From an uncultured delta proteobacterium (GTDB lineage: Bacteria; Desulfobacterota; Desulfobacteria; Desulfobacterales; B30-G6): a stretch of DNA of 64,000 nt. Location of the stretch: assembly GCA_963823335.1 (NCBI GenBank), contig CAWGLD010000004.1:68382-132381 (forward strand), given 5' to 3'. Under the pieces are notes generated by a model. The model did not search any database. It saw nothing but the letters and a program-made list of their open reading frames with translations, and was not told the DNA's origin. A program made the position numbers and the translations under genes. Of this stretch, positions 27,005 to 38,357 are shown one piece after another (within the stretch, counting starts at the first letter, position 1; each line of letters begins with the position of its first letter).

Positions 27005-27890
27005 CGTCCCTGCCCGTCAGCTGGGTTAAAGCCTCCTTGTATTTCTGGTAGGTTTTCTGCACAACGGTGTCCGGAAGCGGTGGAGGGGGCGGCTCCTTTT
27101 TCCATTCGATGGCGCTCAGATAATCTCTCAGATATTGTTTGTCAAAGCTCTTCTGAGGGCCACCCGGGGCATACGTCTCCTTGGGCCAGAACCTGGAAGA
27201 ATCCGGTGTGAGAACTTCATCGATGAGGATAATTTCATTTCCGATTTTCCCGAACTCAAATTTCGTGTCGGCAATGATAATCCCTTTCTGATCAGATATT
27301 TCAGAACCCTTGTTGTATATTGCAAGACTGAGACGTTTGACTTCCCCGGCAATGTCTTTTCCCACCATCCGGGCAGCCTCATCAAAATCGATATTGATGT
27401 CATGAAGTCCGATGTCTGCTTTGGTGGATGGCGTAAAGATGGGTTCGGGGAGTTTGTCCGACTCCTTGAGGCCCTCCGGCAGGCCAATACCGCAGACACT
27501 GCGGTTTTCCTGGTAAGATTTCCATCCGGATCCGGAAAGATAGCCCCGGACGACACACTCGATGGACAGGGGTTCTGTTTTCCGAACCAGCATGCTTCTG
27601 CCGTGCAATTGTTCGGCATAGGGCCTGCAGACGGCAGGGTATTCAGCGACATCACTTGAAATAACATGATTGGGCACCAGGGCCTTCATGGCCTCGAACC
27701 AGAACAAAGATATCTGGGTCAGGATAATGCCCTTCCCCGGAACCGGATCGTTCATGATGACATCGAATGCGGAAATCCTGTCTGTTGCCACCATCAACAA
27801 GGCATCATCCAGGTCATATACATCACGCACCTTACCCCTTTTCAACAGTTTCAAATCTTTAAAGTCTGTTTCCAGAACATGTTGACGCAT
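26994..27890 (-). CDS. purC: phosphoribosylaminoimidazole-succinocarboxamide (SAICAR) synthase
   Basis: ..[22 protein letters not shown].. and ..[10 protein letters not shown].. motifs; start set at ATG 27890. Confidence 0.9.
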   Translation of the reverse strand: MRQHVLETDFKDLKLLKRGKVRDVYDLDDALLMVATDRISAFDVIMNDPVPGKGIILTQISLFWFEAMKALVPNHVISSDVAEYPAVCRPYAEQLHGRSMLVRKTEPLSIECVVRGYLSGSGWKSYQENRSVCGIGLPEGLKESDKLPEPIFTPSTKADIGLHDINIDFDEAARMVGKDIAGEVKRLSLAIYNKGSEISDQKGIIIADTKFEFGKIGNEIILIDEVLTPDSSRFWPKETYAPGGPQKSFDKQYLRDYLSAIEWKKEPPPPPLPDTVVQKTYQKYKEALTQLTGRDDVL

Positions 27891-27913
27891 GATCACAATA
27901 CCTTTCAATTCAA

Positions 27914-28264
27914 TTATTTTTTGAACACGTCAATGAATTTAAGCAGAATCATCCGTTCCTTATCATTGATCTTTGAAAACTGGATACCCGCCTCATAAGT
28001 ATCTTTGGCTCTTTCTTTCAGGAAAATGATCTGCCCTTCAATATTGACGAGTTCTTCTTCGATGCCGATGGTTATCGAAATACCTGTCTGGGGATCAATG
28101 CGTTTGTAGGTTTCGAGCAACATGCCGGATTCCGACACATTGAGTGTTCTGCCCATACCCTGATGACATGGCTCACCGTCTTCACCCATACAGACATAAC
28201 TCAGAAGGTTCGTCGATTCTACCCGTATAGATTTACGTTTATCGCTGTCATTCATCCTGTCCAC
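27914..28264 (-). CDS. PilZ domain protein (c-di-GMP receptor type)
   Basis: RKSIRV (RxxxR) and [10 protein letters not shown] (D/NxSxxG) PilZ motifs; 116 aa. Confidence 0.75.
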   Translation of the reverse strand: MDRMNDSDKRKSIRVESTNLLSYVCMGEDGEPCHQGMGRTLNVSESGMLLETYKRIDPQTGISITIGIEEELVNIEGQIIFLKERAKDTYEAGIQFSKINDKERMILLKFIDVFKK

Positions 28265-28288
28265 CTGTCGTTGGGATGATTCTGTCCA

Positions 28289-29458
28289 TTAGCTCATCAA
28301 TTCTTTCTGCCGATTGTTCAGTACCTTTGTTAAGAAATGAGTGCATGTCGCGATATTATCAATAAAATTCTTGAAGGAGGTGGAAATGTTGTCGTATTCC
28401 TGTTGGATGATATCCGGGTTAAGTGTCTGAATTTTCAGGTCTTTTGAGGCCAGCACAGAGGCAAATTCAGGTTCATGACCAAGATCTAAAAATGGTATAT
28501 AACCAAAAAAATCATCACGTTCCAGATGCGCTAAAGGCACAAAACCATCATCGGTTTTCTGAACCAGCGATGCTTTGCCGTGTTGAACACGGAACAAGCG
28601 TCTCTCATCGTCGCCCTGCTCGATTACCTTCTGGCGATACTTCAGATAGTCATCAAGATCTATCTGTTTCGTTGAATACTCCACCACTCGATCGGTGACA
28701 TGACGCAATCTCCTGTCCAGGCTCATGACAAATGCCTTGAACTCGTATGACATCTTAGAATATTCCTGGGCAAGCCGTTGTGAGTCGAGAACACCCAGTT
28801 GAACATCTCCCACGGCCTTGGCGGAATACATCCGCGAATGATTTCGCACCAGGAAAGACGATATACTGCCGACAAAGGAGCCGTTTCCGATCTGACAAAG
28901 TGTCAAAGGTCCTGAATCGGTCTCCCTGATGATATCAATGACACCCTCGAGAACCACCCATACCCAGTTGCCGTGTCTACCCTCTTGCAGTATGGTATCA
29001 CCGTCATGAAACTCTTCTTCATCGACAACATACATATAATCGATCAAAGGGCCCCAAATAATCGGAAGCGCTGCACCGAAATCAGAATACTTGGCTGTTC
29101 GAGTGTCCACGGAGACCGGCCCCAGTCTTTCGGTGTGACCTTCGTCCAGCATCTTCAGACCATCCAAAATGATCCCCATGCGTCCTTTGGTGATGACCCT
29201 TTCACTCGTTACACGCGTCGTTGTAAACTCAAATTCACCATCGGTCCAGCCAAACAGCGAGTAAAGCGCATCCAGTCCCGAAAGCATGCCGCAAGAAGCA
29301 TTGATTGGATTCCCGTTGTCAAAATAAATAATGCCGGGTTCGGGCGCATATGGGCTTATGATCCGTAATATACCTGAACTACCGTTCCCGCCCAGAAGCT
29401 GCATGAGATCGCCGAGGTTTAGAAATTTGATGTTTCCCTTTAGTTTCTCTTCTTTCAT
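28289..29458 (-). CDS. DUF4388 (PATAN-like) domain protein with two cyclic-nucleotide-binding domains
   Basis: N-terminus GNIKFLNLGDLMQLLGGNGSSGILRI...IYFDNGNPINA..GLDALYSLFGWTDGEFEF fits DUF4388; two CAP-type cNMP folds follow. Confidence 0.7.
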   Translation of the reverse strand: MKEEKLKGNIKFLNLGDLMQLLGGNGSSGILRIISPYAPEPGIIYFDNGNPINASCGMLSGLDALYSLFGWTDGEFEFTTTRVTSERVITKGRMGIILDGLKMLDEGHTERLGPVSVDTRTAKYSDFGAALPIIWGPLIDYMYVVDEEEFHDGDTILQEGRHGNWVWVVLEGVIDIIRETDSGPLTLCQIGNGSFVGSISSFLVRNHSRMYSAKAVGDVQLGVLDSQRLAQEYSKMSYEFKAFVMSLDRRLRHVTDRVVEYSTKQIDLDDYLKYRQKVIEQGDDERRLFRVQHGKASLVQKTDDGFVPLAHLERDDFFGYIPFLDLGHEPEFASVLASKDLKIQTLNPDIIQQEYDNISTSFKNFIDNIATCTHFLTKVLNNRQKELMS

Positions 29459-29465
29459 CGAATAC

Positions 29466-30080
29466 CTACTGTGCCCATTTTAATTCTTTTTGCAAAGCTT
29501 TTAACGTCATCTGAATGCATTCTTTCAGCGTATCTCCGACTCCGGTGCCCTTGGTGGCGCTACCCGGAAATGCGGGGACCTTTAACTGGCGATTGAGGTC
29601 TTTCTCCATTTGCTCTATCGACATCAAGGGAATGCCTTCATCCGCCAGATCTCTTTTATTGTATTGAAGCACCAGCGGTATTTTGAAGATATTCAGGCCG
29701 TACTCCTTTAAATTCTTCTGCAGGTCTTTGAGAGACAGCATATTTTTTTCTCGTCTGACCTCAAGGGAATCGGCCACGAAAACAATACCATCAACACCCC
29801 TGAGAACCAGTTTACGGGTCGCAGTGTATTGCACCTGCCCTGGTACTGTATACAGCTGCACCTTGATATCACACCCCCTGATCTTGCCAAAACCCATGGG
29901 AAGAAAATCAAAAAAGAGCGTTCGGTCACCTTCTGTGTTAATGGAAACCATCTCACCGGTTATCTGTTTCGAATACTTTTTGAATACATATTCCAGATTC
30001 GTGGTTTTGCCACCACGGCCCGGGCCATAATAGACAATCTTGCATTCGATTTCTCTTTTTTTCAGGTTAAATATGGCCAT
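29466..30080 (-). CDS. MglA-like Ras-superfamily small GTPase
   Basis: IVYYGPGRGGKTTNL P-loop, DRTLFFDFLP, LYTVPGQV (MglA-type G3), QYNKRDL (NKxD); start set at ATG 30080. Confidence 0.8.
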   Translation of the reverse strand: MAIFNLKKREIECKIVYYGPGRGGKTTNLEYVFKKYSKQITGEMVSINTEGDRTLFFDFLPMGFGKIRGCDIKVQLYTVPGQVQYTATRKLVLRGVDGIVFVADSLEVRREKNMLSLKDLQKNLKEYGLNIFKIPLVLQYNKRDLADEGIPLMSIEQMEKDLNRQLKVPAFPGSATKGTGVGDTLKECIQMTLKALQKELKWAQ

Positions 30081-30103
30081 ATGGTACGACTCCAAATGAA
30101 GAA

Positions 30104-30136
30104 ATAAAATCGCATAACGATTTTATACAACGCGAC
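30104..30136 (-). repeat. boundary hairpin motif, copy g (GC half-site only)
   Basis: ATAAAATCG-cataa-CGATTTTAT ACAAC GCGAC, 24 nt upstream of the MglA-like start; the AT hairpin faces the gene. Confidence 0.6.
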
Positions 30137-30196
30137 AGGAATTTAGTTGAATTTTTTTTATACCACAATCAACTGTTGCCCAAAAGCCCTTTCTTA

Positions 30197-31102
30197 CTAT
30201 TTGCTCGTGATCTTTATATCAAGACAAAAATCTCCCTGTTTGGGACCGGATTTAATTTCTGATTTAGCGGCTACAGTACCGGACCCGCTGAACATGGCTA
30301 TGGGGGAAAAAAACTGAAGATCTGCTAATGCATCACCATCTTGAATGTGTTCAATGGTTTTAGCATTATTCTTGGAAATAATCAGACTGAGCATATTACC
30401 CGATTGAAAGTTTACGTCAAATTCAACAACCTTGCCTTTTGCAGGTCCCTCATTAAAATAGACGCCGATAGAGCTTATATCGATAAATTCTTCTTCCTCA
30501 GGCTCCTGGAGCGTTTCCTCCTTAATCATCAGCGAAGTGAGATCTCTCTGGATGCCCTTGCTTTTCAGTATCTCCACAAGAAAGAGACGAATTTTCTCCA
30601 ACTGGCCTGGAGAGAACGGCCCGTTTAAGGCCCATTCTTCATATTGATCCGCAGCAGCATTCTCAGAATTGAGTTGGATGTGGCACCGCAATACATTCTT
30701 AGCGGCCACAACCCGATGTGATTCTTTGTCGATCAGTTTCTTGAATTCGATCAATGCCCGCTCAAACTGCCCGAATTTTGCAAGGGCGATTGCCCCTTCC
30801 AGAATCGCTTCTTCTTTACTGTCCGTCTTTGAAAATGAGAACAGATTCTTGATAAGATCCTGGGCTTTTTCCGAAAGCTCAGGTGACGATGGCCCTTTTT
30901 CAACCCGTTGGGTATCTGAATCCAGCAGTCGGATCTTGTTGGCGATGCCTGTAAGGACCTTCTCTTTGTTCTGAATTCTGTCGTGCTCTCGAACCCGTTG
31001 CCCGGCTTCGGTATATTTACCTCTCGCTTCGTCAAGCAGGCCATGTTTTTTATAAAGGTCGGCCTCCTGAAGCAGCCTCTTGATGGATTCCTTAAATCCC
31101 AT
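30197..31102 (-). CDS. hypothetical protein, helical/TPR-like N-terminal part and PilZ-like beta-barrel C-terminal part
   Basis: Intact ORF with GAGGGA RBS before ATG 31102; the domain assignment is a weak by-eye impression. Confidence 0.5.
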   Translation of the reverse strand: MGFKESIKRLLQEADLYKKHGLLDEARGKYTEAGQRVREHDRIQNKEKVLTGIANKIRLLDSDTQRVEKGPSSPELSEKAQDLIKNLFSFSKTDSKEEAILEGAIALAKFGQFERALIEFKKLIDKESHRVVAAKNVLRCHIQLNSENAAADQYEEWALNGPFSPGQLEKIRLFLVEILKSKGIQRDLTSLMIKEETLQEPEEEEFIDISSIGVYFNEGPAKGKVVEFDVNFQSGNMLSLIISKNNAKTIEHIQDGDALADLQFFSPIAMFSGSGTVAAKSEIKSGPKQGDFCLDIKITSK

Positions 31103-31139
31103 TATTTCCCTCATTATCGTATACGTCGCTCAACGATTA

Positions 31140-31215
31140 TTGAAGAACCTCGCAGCATGCGTAGCACTGCCGAACGGCAGAACCTACGGGGAATGCACTC
31201 GCCGTTGCGGTTCAA
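31140..31215 (+). repeat. repeat family C, copy 3 (with internal CTGCCGAACGGCAG hairpin insertion)
   Basis: TTGAAGAACCTCGCAGCA..CTACGGGGAATGCACTCGCCGTTGCGGTTCAA; lies 38 nt upstream of the 31102 start codon. Confidence 0.65.
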
Positions 31216-31574
31216 ACGCGATCCAGTCGCTCTAAATCGAAAGGTGCTACAGCCCTTGGCTGCTTAACCCACCCATTTCATAGCATGACTGATTTTATAT
31301 CTTTCTAACCCGCAATCTAGCTCTTTATCCTGTTTTCATATAAAATGTCAATAATTGAACTACATATAAATGTATTGACATCGATATCGAGTGTGCTAAA
31401 AAATTAAATTTCGCGACAAATTTATGAAATGTGACATGACGTCATCTCAAAAAAATAGTTTTGGTTCCCCGCAAAAAAGCGGGATCTTCGTCAAGTTCAC
31501 GGCGGGCCCTTCAACCCGCAGGCGCCCACAGAAAGTGCCCTTGGGGTGCATACTGAAGTATTCCGAGGAATTGA

Positions 31575-32648
<1,074 letters not shown>

Positions 32649-32653
32649 ACAAC

Positions 32654-32811
32654 AAATGAACATCGAACGTCCAACGTCCAACATCGAATTTTGAATGGGT
32701 AAGAATGAAGAAACAGACTTATTCTTTAGATAGAAAAACCGCTCGATTTTTCGACATTGTCTTTATTCTTTTCATTCGACGTTCGATGTTCGATGTTCGA
32801 TGTTCATCTTT
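32654..32811 (+). mobile_element. miniature IVS-like element, family A, copy R4
   Basis: Arms 32654-32699 and 32769-32811 are complementary; the interior starts GAATGGGTAAGAATGAAGAAACAG like other copies; it abuts the uvrC stop codon. Confidence 0.8.
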
Positions 32812-34645
32812 ATTTTCCCAATCCCTTTTTCAATGCCTGAGCTAACTTGCGATTCATCCCGGGCAGGGCTGCCAGAACGTCCAAATCCGCCGCTCCCACC
32901 GACTCGACACTCCCGAAATATTTCAGCAACAGCGCTTTTTTCTTTGGACCCACACCATGAATATCATCCAGCGCCGAATGCATGGCCTGCTTGCCGCGTA
33001 GTTTTCTATGATACTGAATAGCAAAGCGGTGCGCCTCATCCCTGACTTTTTGCAATAAAAGAAGACCATCCAGATCCCTCCCAAACGATACTGGATTGGC
33101 CCTTCCCCTCTGGTAGATCTTGTCCCTGACTTCGCCTTTTTTTTCATCTCTCTTTGCAATACCAACAATCTCGAAACGCTCGATCAGCCCCAGTCTATTG
33201 ATGATATCACCTGCAATGTTCAGCTGTCCTTTGCCGCCATCAACCACCAGAAGATCGGGCGCAGGGTCGCGTTTCTGGGTCTTGCCGTATCGCCGTCCCA
33301 ATACCTCAGCCATTGCTGCGTAATCATCGTGCATTTTGGCTGTGGTAAGACGGTATGTGCGATAAGCCGTTCTTTTCGGTCGTCCGTTTTCAAATACCAC
33401 CATACCGGAGACCGATGCCCGGCCGAATATATGGGAGTTGTCGAAGCACTCTATTCTTCTTGGCAGACGCTCCATCTTCAGACGTTTTTTGAGTCGCATC
33501 AATAACGCCATATCGGCGGCGTTGGATGCCAATGATTCCCGCAATCCATTTTCCGCATTTTCCATGGCCATCAAAAGGAGACCTTTTTTCTCTCCTCTCC
33601 GAGGATGGTGAACCTTAACCTTGCCCCCCCTGGACTCTTTCAGTATGCCTTCGATAATTTCTGCATCTTCAAGATAATGGGATACGAGAATTTCCGGTGG
33701 GATCATGTATGCCTGTTCATAAAACTGACGCAAAAATCCGGCAAGAATACCCTCTTCCGTAGCCAGAACCTTTTCAAAAACAAATTGACGTTTCCCCAAG
33801 AGAAAACCACCTCGGACATACAACATGGCTATCATGGCATGGTCTGAAGATGTCACCAGTGCAATGACATCCCGATCCCTCAAGTCGGTGCATACTGAAA
33901 GCTGCTTTTCAAGGGTCTTTTCAAGGGCAAAGAGTTTATCTCGCAATTCTGCGGCTTTTTCATATTGCTCCAATTCCGCCTGTAGATTCATCTCTTTCTT
34001 TATTTTCATGATCAGGTCTGGTGTTCGTCCATTCAGAAACAAAACGACTTCCTGTATCAAGGCACCATAAGTTTTTTTGTCGACATCCATACAACAGGGA
34101 GCAAGGCATCGTCGCATCTGATAGTGCAGGCAGGGTCTTGTTCTCTGGCTGAATTCCCTGTCCGAGCACTTGCGAAGCTTGAAGGTCCGGTTCACAATTT
34201 TAAGGGATTGCCTCACCGCCCCTGCCGATGTAAAAGGGCCGAAATAAAGGGTTCCGTCTTTTCTGATTTTCCGGACGATGGATATTTTTGGGTACGAATG
34301 GCGTGTGTTTATACGCAGGCAAGGATAGCGCTTATCGTCTTTCAGAATAACATTATATCTGGGTCTGTATTTCTTGATCAGATTTGACTCGAGGATCAGG
34401 GCTTCCTTTTCAGATCCGACAAGAATAATATCGAAAGCAGCCACCCTGCTCACCAGAACGCTTATCTTGGAATCCGTATGTTTTGATTTTGAAAAATAGG
34501 ATGCCAGTCGCTTCTTCAGCTGCGCCGCTTTCCCCACGTATATAATCTTACCCTCAATGTCCTTCAGCAGGTAGACACCCGGTCCTGAAGGTGTTCTTGA
34601 AAATTGTTTTTGTATGTCTGAAATAGCTGATAGCTCAGAGGTCAT
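32810..34645 (-). CDS. uvrC: excinuclease ABC subunit C
   Basis: GIY-YIG N-terminus (GVYLLKD..IIYVGKA), UVR domain, endonuclease V-like domain and C-terminal (HhH)2. Confidence 0.92.
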   Translation of the reverse strand: MTSELSAISDIQKQFSRTPSGPGVYLLKDIEGKIIYVGKAAQLKKRLASYFSKSKHTDSKISVLVSRVAAFDIILVGSEKEALILESNLIKKYRPRYNVILKDDKRYPCLRINTRHSYPKISIVRKIRKDGTLYFGPFTSAGAVRQSLKIVNRTFKLRKCSDREFSQRTRPCLHYQMRRCLAPCCMDVDKKTYGALIQEVVLFLNGRTPDLIMKIKKEMNLQAELEQYEKAAELRDKLFALEKTLEKQLSVCTDLRDRDVIALVTSSDHAMIAMLYVRGGFLLGKRQFVFEKVLATEEGILAGFLRQFYEQAYMIPPEILVSHYLEDAEIIEGILKESRGGKVKVHHPRRGEKKGLLLMAMENAENGLRESLASNAADMALLMRLKKRLKMERLPRRIECFDNSHIFGRASVSGMVVFENGRPKRTAYRTYRLTTAKMHDDYAAMAEVLGRRYGKTQKRDPAPDLLVVDGGKGQLNIAGDIINRLGLIERFEIVGIAKRDEKKGEVRDKIYQRGRANPVSFGRDLDGLLLLQKVRDEAHRFAIQYHRKLRGKQAMHSALDDIHGVGPKKKALLLKYFGSVESVGAADLDVLAALPGMNRKLAQALKKGLGK

Positions 34646-34653
34646 AGCTTACT

Positions 34654-36648
34654 TTATAACTCAAACAACATGGCTTTTTTCAATTCTGCAATCTGGTCAC
34701 GGAGGATCGCGGCCCTTTCAAATGCGAGTTCCTTTGCGGCCGCTTTCATTTCCGCTTCCATCTGCTTTAGGGCTGTTTCGAGACTCACTTCGCTGTCATA
34801 GCCCTGTAGGCGCTCTGACACCTTGTCCAAATCGAGATAGTCTGCATCAGCTCCGGTTGAAAACGAACCAGCGATCTCTTTTTGAATTGATTTGGGGGTA
34901 ATTCCGTGAGTGTCGTTATAGGTTTTCTGAATCGTGCGTCTTCTGTTTGTCTCGTCAATCGCCCTCTGCATGGAATCCGTTATGACATCGGCGTACATGA
35001 TGACACATCCGCTGAGATTTCGAGCGGCACGACCACATGTCTGTATCAAAGATCGCGTAGAACGTAGAAATCCTTCCTTGTCAGCATCGAGAATGGCAAC
35101 CAGGGATACTTCGGGGATGTCCAGGCCTTCACGGAGAAGGTTGATACCGACCAGAACATCAAACCTGCCCATGCGAAGATCCCTGATAATATCCATCCGC
35201 TCCAGCGTGTTGATATCCGCATGCAGGTATCTGACCTTCACTTCAAGGTCAGAATAGTATTCGGTTAAATCCTCGGCCATCCGTTTGGTCAGCGTGGTGA
35301 CAAGTACCCTTTCCTTCTTTTGACTACGCCCGCGAATCTCCATGAGCAGGTTATCTACCTGGTTTTTGGCACTTCGAACGACAATTTCAGGATCCAGCAA
35401 CCCGGTTGGGCGAACAATCTGTTCGGCGATTGCGTGGGACCCTTTTTCCAATTCATATTCAGCAGGTGTCGCCGACACATAGACAGCCTGCTTTATTTTT
35501 GAGACGGTCTCCTCAAATTTCAGCGGCCGGTTGTCAAGTGCGGAAGGAAGACGGAAACCGTATTCCACCAGCGTCATTTTTCGGGATCGGTCCCCTTTGT
35601 ACATGGCCCGCAGCTGTGGAACGGCAATATGACTTTCATCGATGAACAGGAGGTAGTCCTCCGGAAAGTAATCTAGAAGTGTGGGCGGAGGGTCCCCCAC
35701 CGACCGACCGGTAAAATGACGGGAATAATTTTCAATCCCATTGCAGTACCCGATTTCCTGGATCATCTCCATATCAAACTGGGTCCTTTCTTCGATCCGT
35801 TGTTCCTCGATGTATTTTTTCGTCTCCCTGAAGCTTTGTACACGCTCCTTCAGCTCTTGCTGAATCGTCTGGACCGCTCTTCGTCTTTTCCTGGCCTGCA
35901 TGACGTAGTGGCTAGCAGGGAAAATGGCGGTTCGCCGAATTCTTCGGTGGACAGTTCCTTTCAGGGCATCGATTTCTGAGATGGATTCAATCTGGTCTCC
36001 AAAAAAGTCGATGCGTACGGCAAGGCTTTCTTCATAGGCGGGAAACACCTCCAGGCGGTCTCCGCGAACTCTGAAAACTCCCCGATGAAAATCCATGTCA
36101 TTTCTTTCGTACTGCATGGCAACGAGTCGGGCCAGAACGGTATCCCGACCAATCTCCAGACCTTCTTCGATTTCGACCTTCATGGACAGGTATTCCTCAG
36201 GTTCTCCCAGCCCAAAAATACAGGAAACACTGGCCACCACGATGACATCCTGACGCGTCAAAACCGATCGGGTAGCGGAATGCCGCATTTTATCGATCAT
36301 CTCATTGATGGAGGAATCTTTTTGGATATAGGTGTCACTGGAGGGAATGTAAGCTTCCGGCTGGTAGTAATCGTAATAAGAAACAAAGTACTCGACAGCA
36401 TTTTCCGGGAAAAGCGAATGAAACTCATTGTAGAGCTGGGCAGCCAGTGTCTTGTTGGGAGCAAGCACCAGTGTAGGCTTGCCCACGATAGCAATCGTAT
36501 GCGCCATGGTAAATGTTTTTCCGGAACCGGTCACACCCAACAGAACCTGATGCTGTTCACCACGCATCAAGTTTCCACTCAAGGTTTTTATGGCATCCGG
36601 CTGGTCACCCGTTGGTGTGAAGTCAGAAACTAGTTTGAAAGGGGGCAT
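34654..36648 (-). CDS. uvrB: excinuclease ABC subunit B
   Basis: GVTGSGKT Walker A, DESH box, C-terminal UVR domain (..[11 protein letters not shown]..). Confidence 0.95.
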   Translation of the reverse strand: MPPFKLVSDFTPTGDQPDAIKTLSGNLMRGEQHQVLLGVTGSGKTFTMAHTIAIVGKPTLVLAPNKTLAAQLYNEFHSLFPENAVEYFVSYYDYYQPEAYIPSSDTYIQKDSSINEMIDKMRHSATRSVLTRQDVIVVASVSCIFGLGEPEEYLSMKVEIEEGLEIGRDTVLARLVAMQYERNDMDFHRGVFRVRGDRLEVFPAYEESLAVRIDFFGDQIESISEIDALKGTVHRRIRRTAIFPASHYVMQARKRRRAVQTIQQELKERVQSFRETKKYIEEQRIEERTQFDMEMIQEIGYCNGIENYSRHFTGRSVGDPPPTLLDYFPEDYLLFIDESHIAVPQLRAMYKGDRSRKMTLVEYGFRLPSALDNRPLKFEETVSKIKQAVYVSATPAEYELEKGSHAIAEQIVRPTGLLDPEIVVRSAKNQVDNLLMEIRGRSQKKERVLVTTLTKRMAEDLTEYYSDLEVKVRYLHADINTLERMDIIRDLRMGRFDVLVGINLLREGLDIPEVSLVAILDADKEGFLRSTRSLIQTCGRAARNLSGCVIMYADVITDSMQRAIDETNRRRTIQKTYNDTHGITPKSIQKEIAGSFSTGADADYLDLDKVSERLQGYDSEVSLETALKQMEAEMKAAAKELAFERAAILRDQIAELKKAMLFEL

Positions 36649-36682
36649 GGGCTCAATTAGGATCTTACTATGATGAATTTAT

Positions 36683-36843
36683 AAAAGATGAACATCGAAC
36701 ATTGAACATCGAACGTCCAATGCTGAATGCAAAGAAAAGTTCAATATTGAATAATTAAGCAGTTTTTCCAAGACATACACCTGTTTCTTCATTTACCCCA
36801 TTCAAAATTCGATGTTGGACGTTCGATGTTCGACGTTCATTTG
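36683..36843 (-). mobile_element. miniature IVS-like element, family A, copy R5 (inverted orientation)
   Basis: Arms 36683-36735 and 36796-36843; the minus-strand interior GAATGGGGTAAATGAAGAAACAGGTGTATGTCTTGGAAAAACTGCTTAATTATTC aligns with the 5' end of the 48567 ORF; the cysS stop TGA lies in the arm terminus. Confidence 0.8.
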
Positions 36844-38285
36844 TCAATTTCCCAGTGAGTCCCATCCGGACGGTCCTTGAGAACAATATTCATGGATGCC
36901 AGCTGTTCTCTGATCTGATCGGCCCTTTGCCAGTTTTTCTCCTGTCTTGCAACCTCACGGTCAGCGATCAATGTTTCAATTAATTTTGCGTCGATTGTTT
37001 CCTGTGCCAGAACAGATTCACGTTGAACATTGAAGTAGACATCCGGCGTATCGCCACCGATGCCCAGCACAGCCCCCATCCGCAGTATTTCCAATCTGAT
37101 GGCGAACAGCGATAACAACACATCCCGGGTATTCATGCTGGTTTCATGCTCATCCATGATACGGTTGGCATGCCTTACGGCATTGAAGATGACGGCGATA
37201 CCGTTGGCGGTATTGAAATCATCATCCATAGCTCGACAAAAATCCTTCCAGAATGGCATGACTGCCGGTGTCGTAGAAGGCTTCTTCACCCCGGCGAGAG
37301 TCTCATCTATTCGAAGAAGCAGGGCATAAATCCGGTCCAGAGCAGTTCGTGACGCCTCCATGGAATCCTGGTTGAAATCAATAGGCTTTCGATACTGTTT
37401 CGAGAGCAGAAAAAGCCTGATGGACTCTGGGTGGTAATGCTGAATGACATCTTTTATCATCCGGAAATTGCCCAGAGACTTGGACATTTTTTCCTTGTCT
37501 ATATTCACAAACCCGTTATGGATCCAGTATCGAACAAAATCACGTCCATGTACCGCCTCTGACTGGGCAATTTCATTTTCATGATGAGGGAATATCAGAT
37601 CTCTGCCACCTCCATGAATATCGAAGGTTTCGCCCAGGTATTTGGCACTCATGGCCGAGCATTCGATGTGCCAACCCGGTCGCCCCTTCCCCCATGGGCT
37701 GTCCCATGACGGTTCACCCTCTTTTGCAGATTTCCAGAGAATAAAATCGAAGGGATTACCCTTGCGGGGGTCTACTTCCACGCGGGCCCCCGGATCCATG
37801 TCTTCCAGATGACGATTCGATAATTTGCCATAGGCATCAAAGGTTTCAACAGCAAAAAAAACATCCCCATCGACCACGTAGGCAACCTTCTTTGCTATCA
37901 GCTTTTCGACGAGTTGAATCACATCGTCAATATGCTCCGTTACCCTCGGCTCAAAACTGGCTCTTTCCACCTTCAGGGCATCCATGTCCCGGTAGAATTC
38001 CTCGATATATTTATCAGCCAGCGCTTTCGGATCCATACCGCTTTCTGCTGCACGACGTATGATCTTGTCGTCGATGTCGGTAAAATTTCTCACGTAGACA
38101 ACGTCATAACCCTTGGTTTTCAAATATCGGGAGATCACGTCGAATACAACCACGGACCGGGCATGCCCAATGTGGCAGGAGTCATAAACCGTTGGTCCAC
38201 AAACGTACATGAGCACCTTTTCAGGCTCAATGGTTTGGAACAATTCTTTCTTCTGGGTTAAGGTGTTATAGATGGAAATGGGCAT
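36837..38285 (-). CDS. cysS: cysteine--tRNA ligase
   Basis: HIGH (CHIGHARS) and KMSKS motifs; 482 aa. Confidence 0.95.
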   Translation of the reverse strand: MPISIYNTLTQKKELFQTIEPEKVLMYVCGPTVYDSCHIGHARSVVVFDVISRYLKTKGYDVVYVRNFTDIDDKIIRRAAESGMDPKALADKYIEEFYRDMDALKVERASFEPRVTEHIDDVIQLVEKLIAKKVAYVVDGDVFFAVETFDAYGKLSNRHLEDMDPGARVEVDPRKGNPFDFILWKSAKEGEPSWDSPWGKGRPGWHIECSAMSAKYLGETFDIHGGGRDLIFPHHENEIAQSEAVHGRDFVRYWIHNGFVNIDKEKMSKSLGNFRMIKDVIQHYHPESIRLFLLSKQYRKPIDFNQDSMEASRTALDRIYALLLRIDETLAGVKKPSTTPAVMPFWKDFCRAMDDDFNTANGIAVIFNAVRHANRIMDEHETSMNTRDVLLSLFAIRLEILRMGAVLGIGGDTPDVYFNVQRESVLAQETIDAKLIETLIADREVARQEKNWQRADQIREQLASMNIVLKDRPDGTHWEIDK

Positions 38286-38357
38286 ATGTGTTATCTTTCT
38301 AAATAGTTATTTGTGATACCATTATAAGTGCTTATCAACTTCTTGGGTGACTATTCT

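Noticed and set aside
34618-34650. AGCTGATAGCT sequence resembling the heptamer hairpin inside element R1
   Set aside because: Here it is ordinary coding sequence for the uvrC N-terminus (MTSELSAISD). There is no partner arm.
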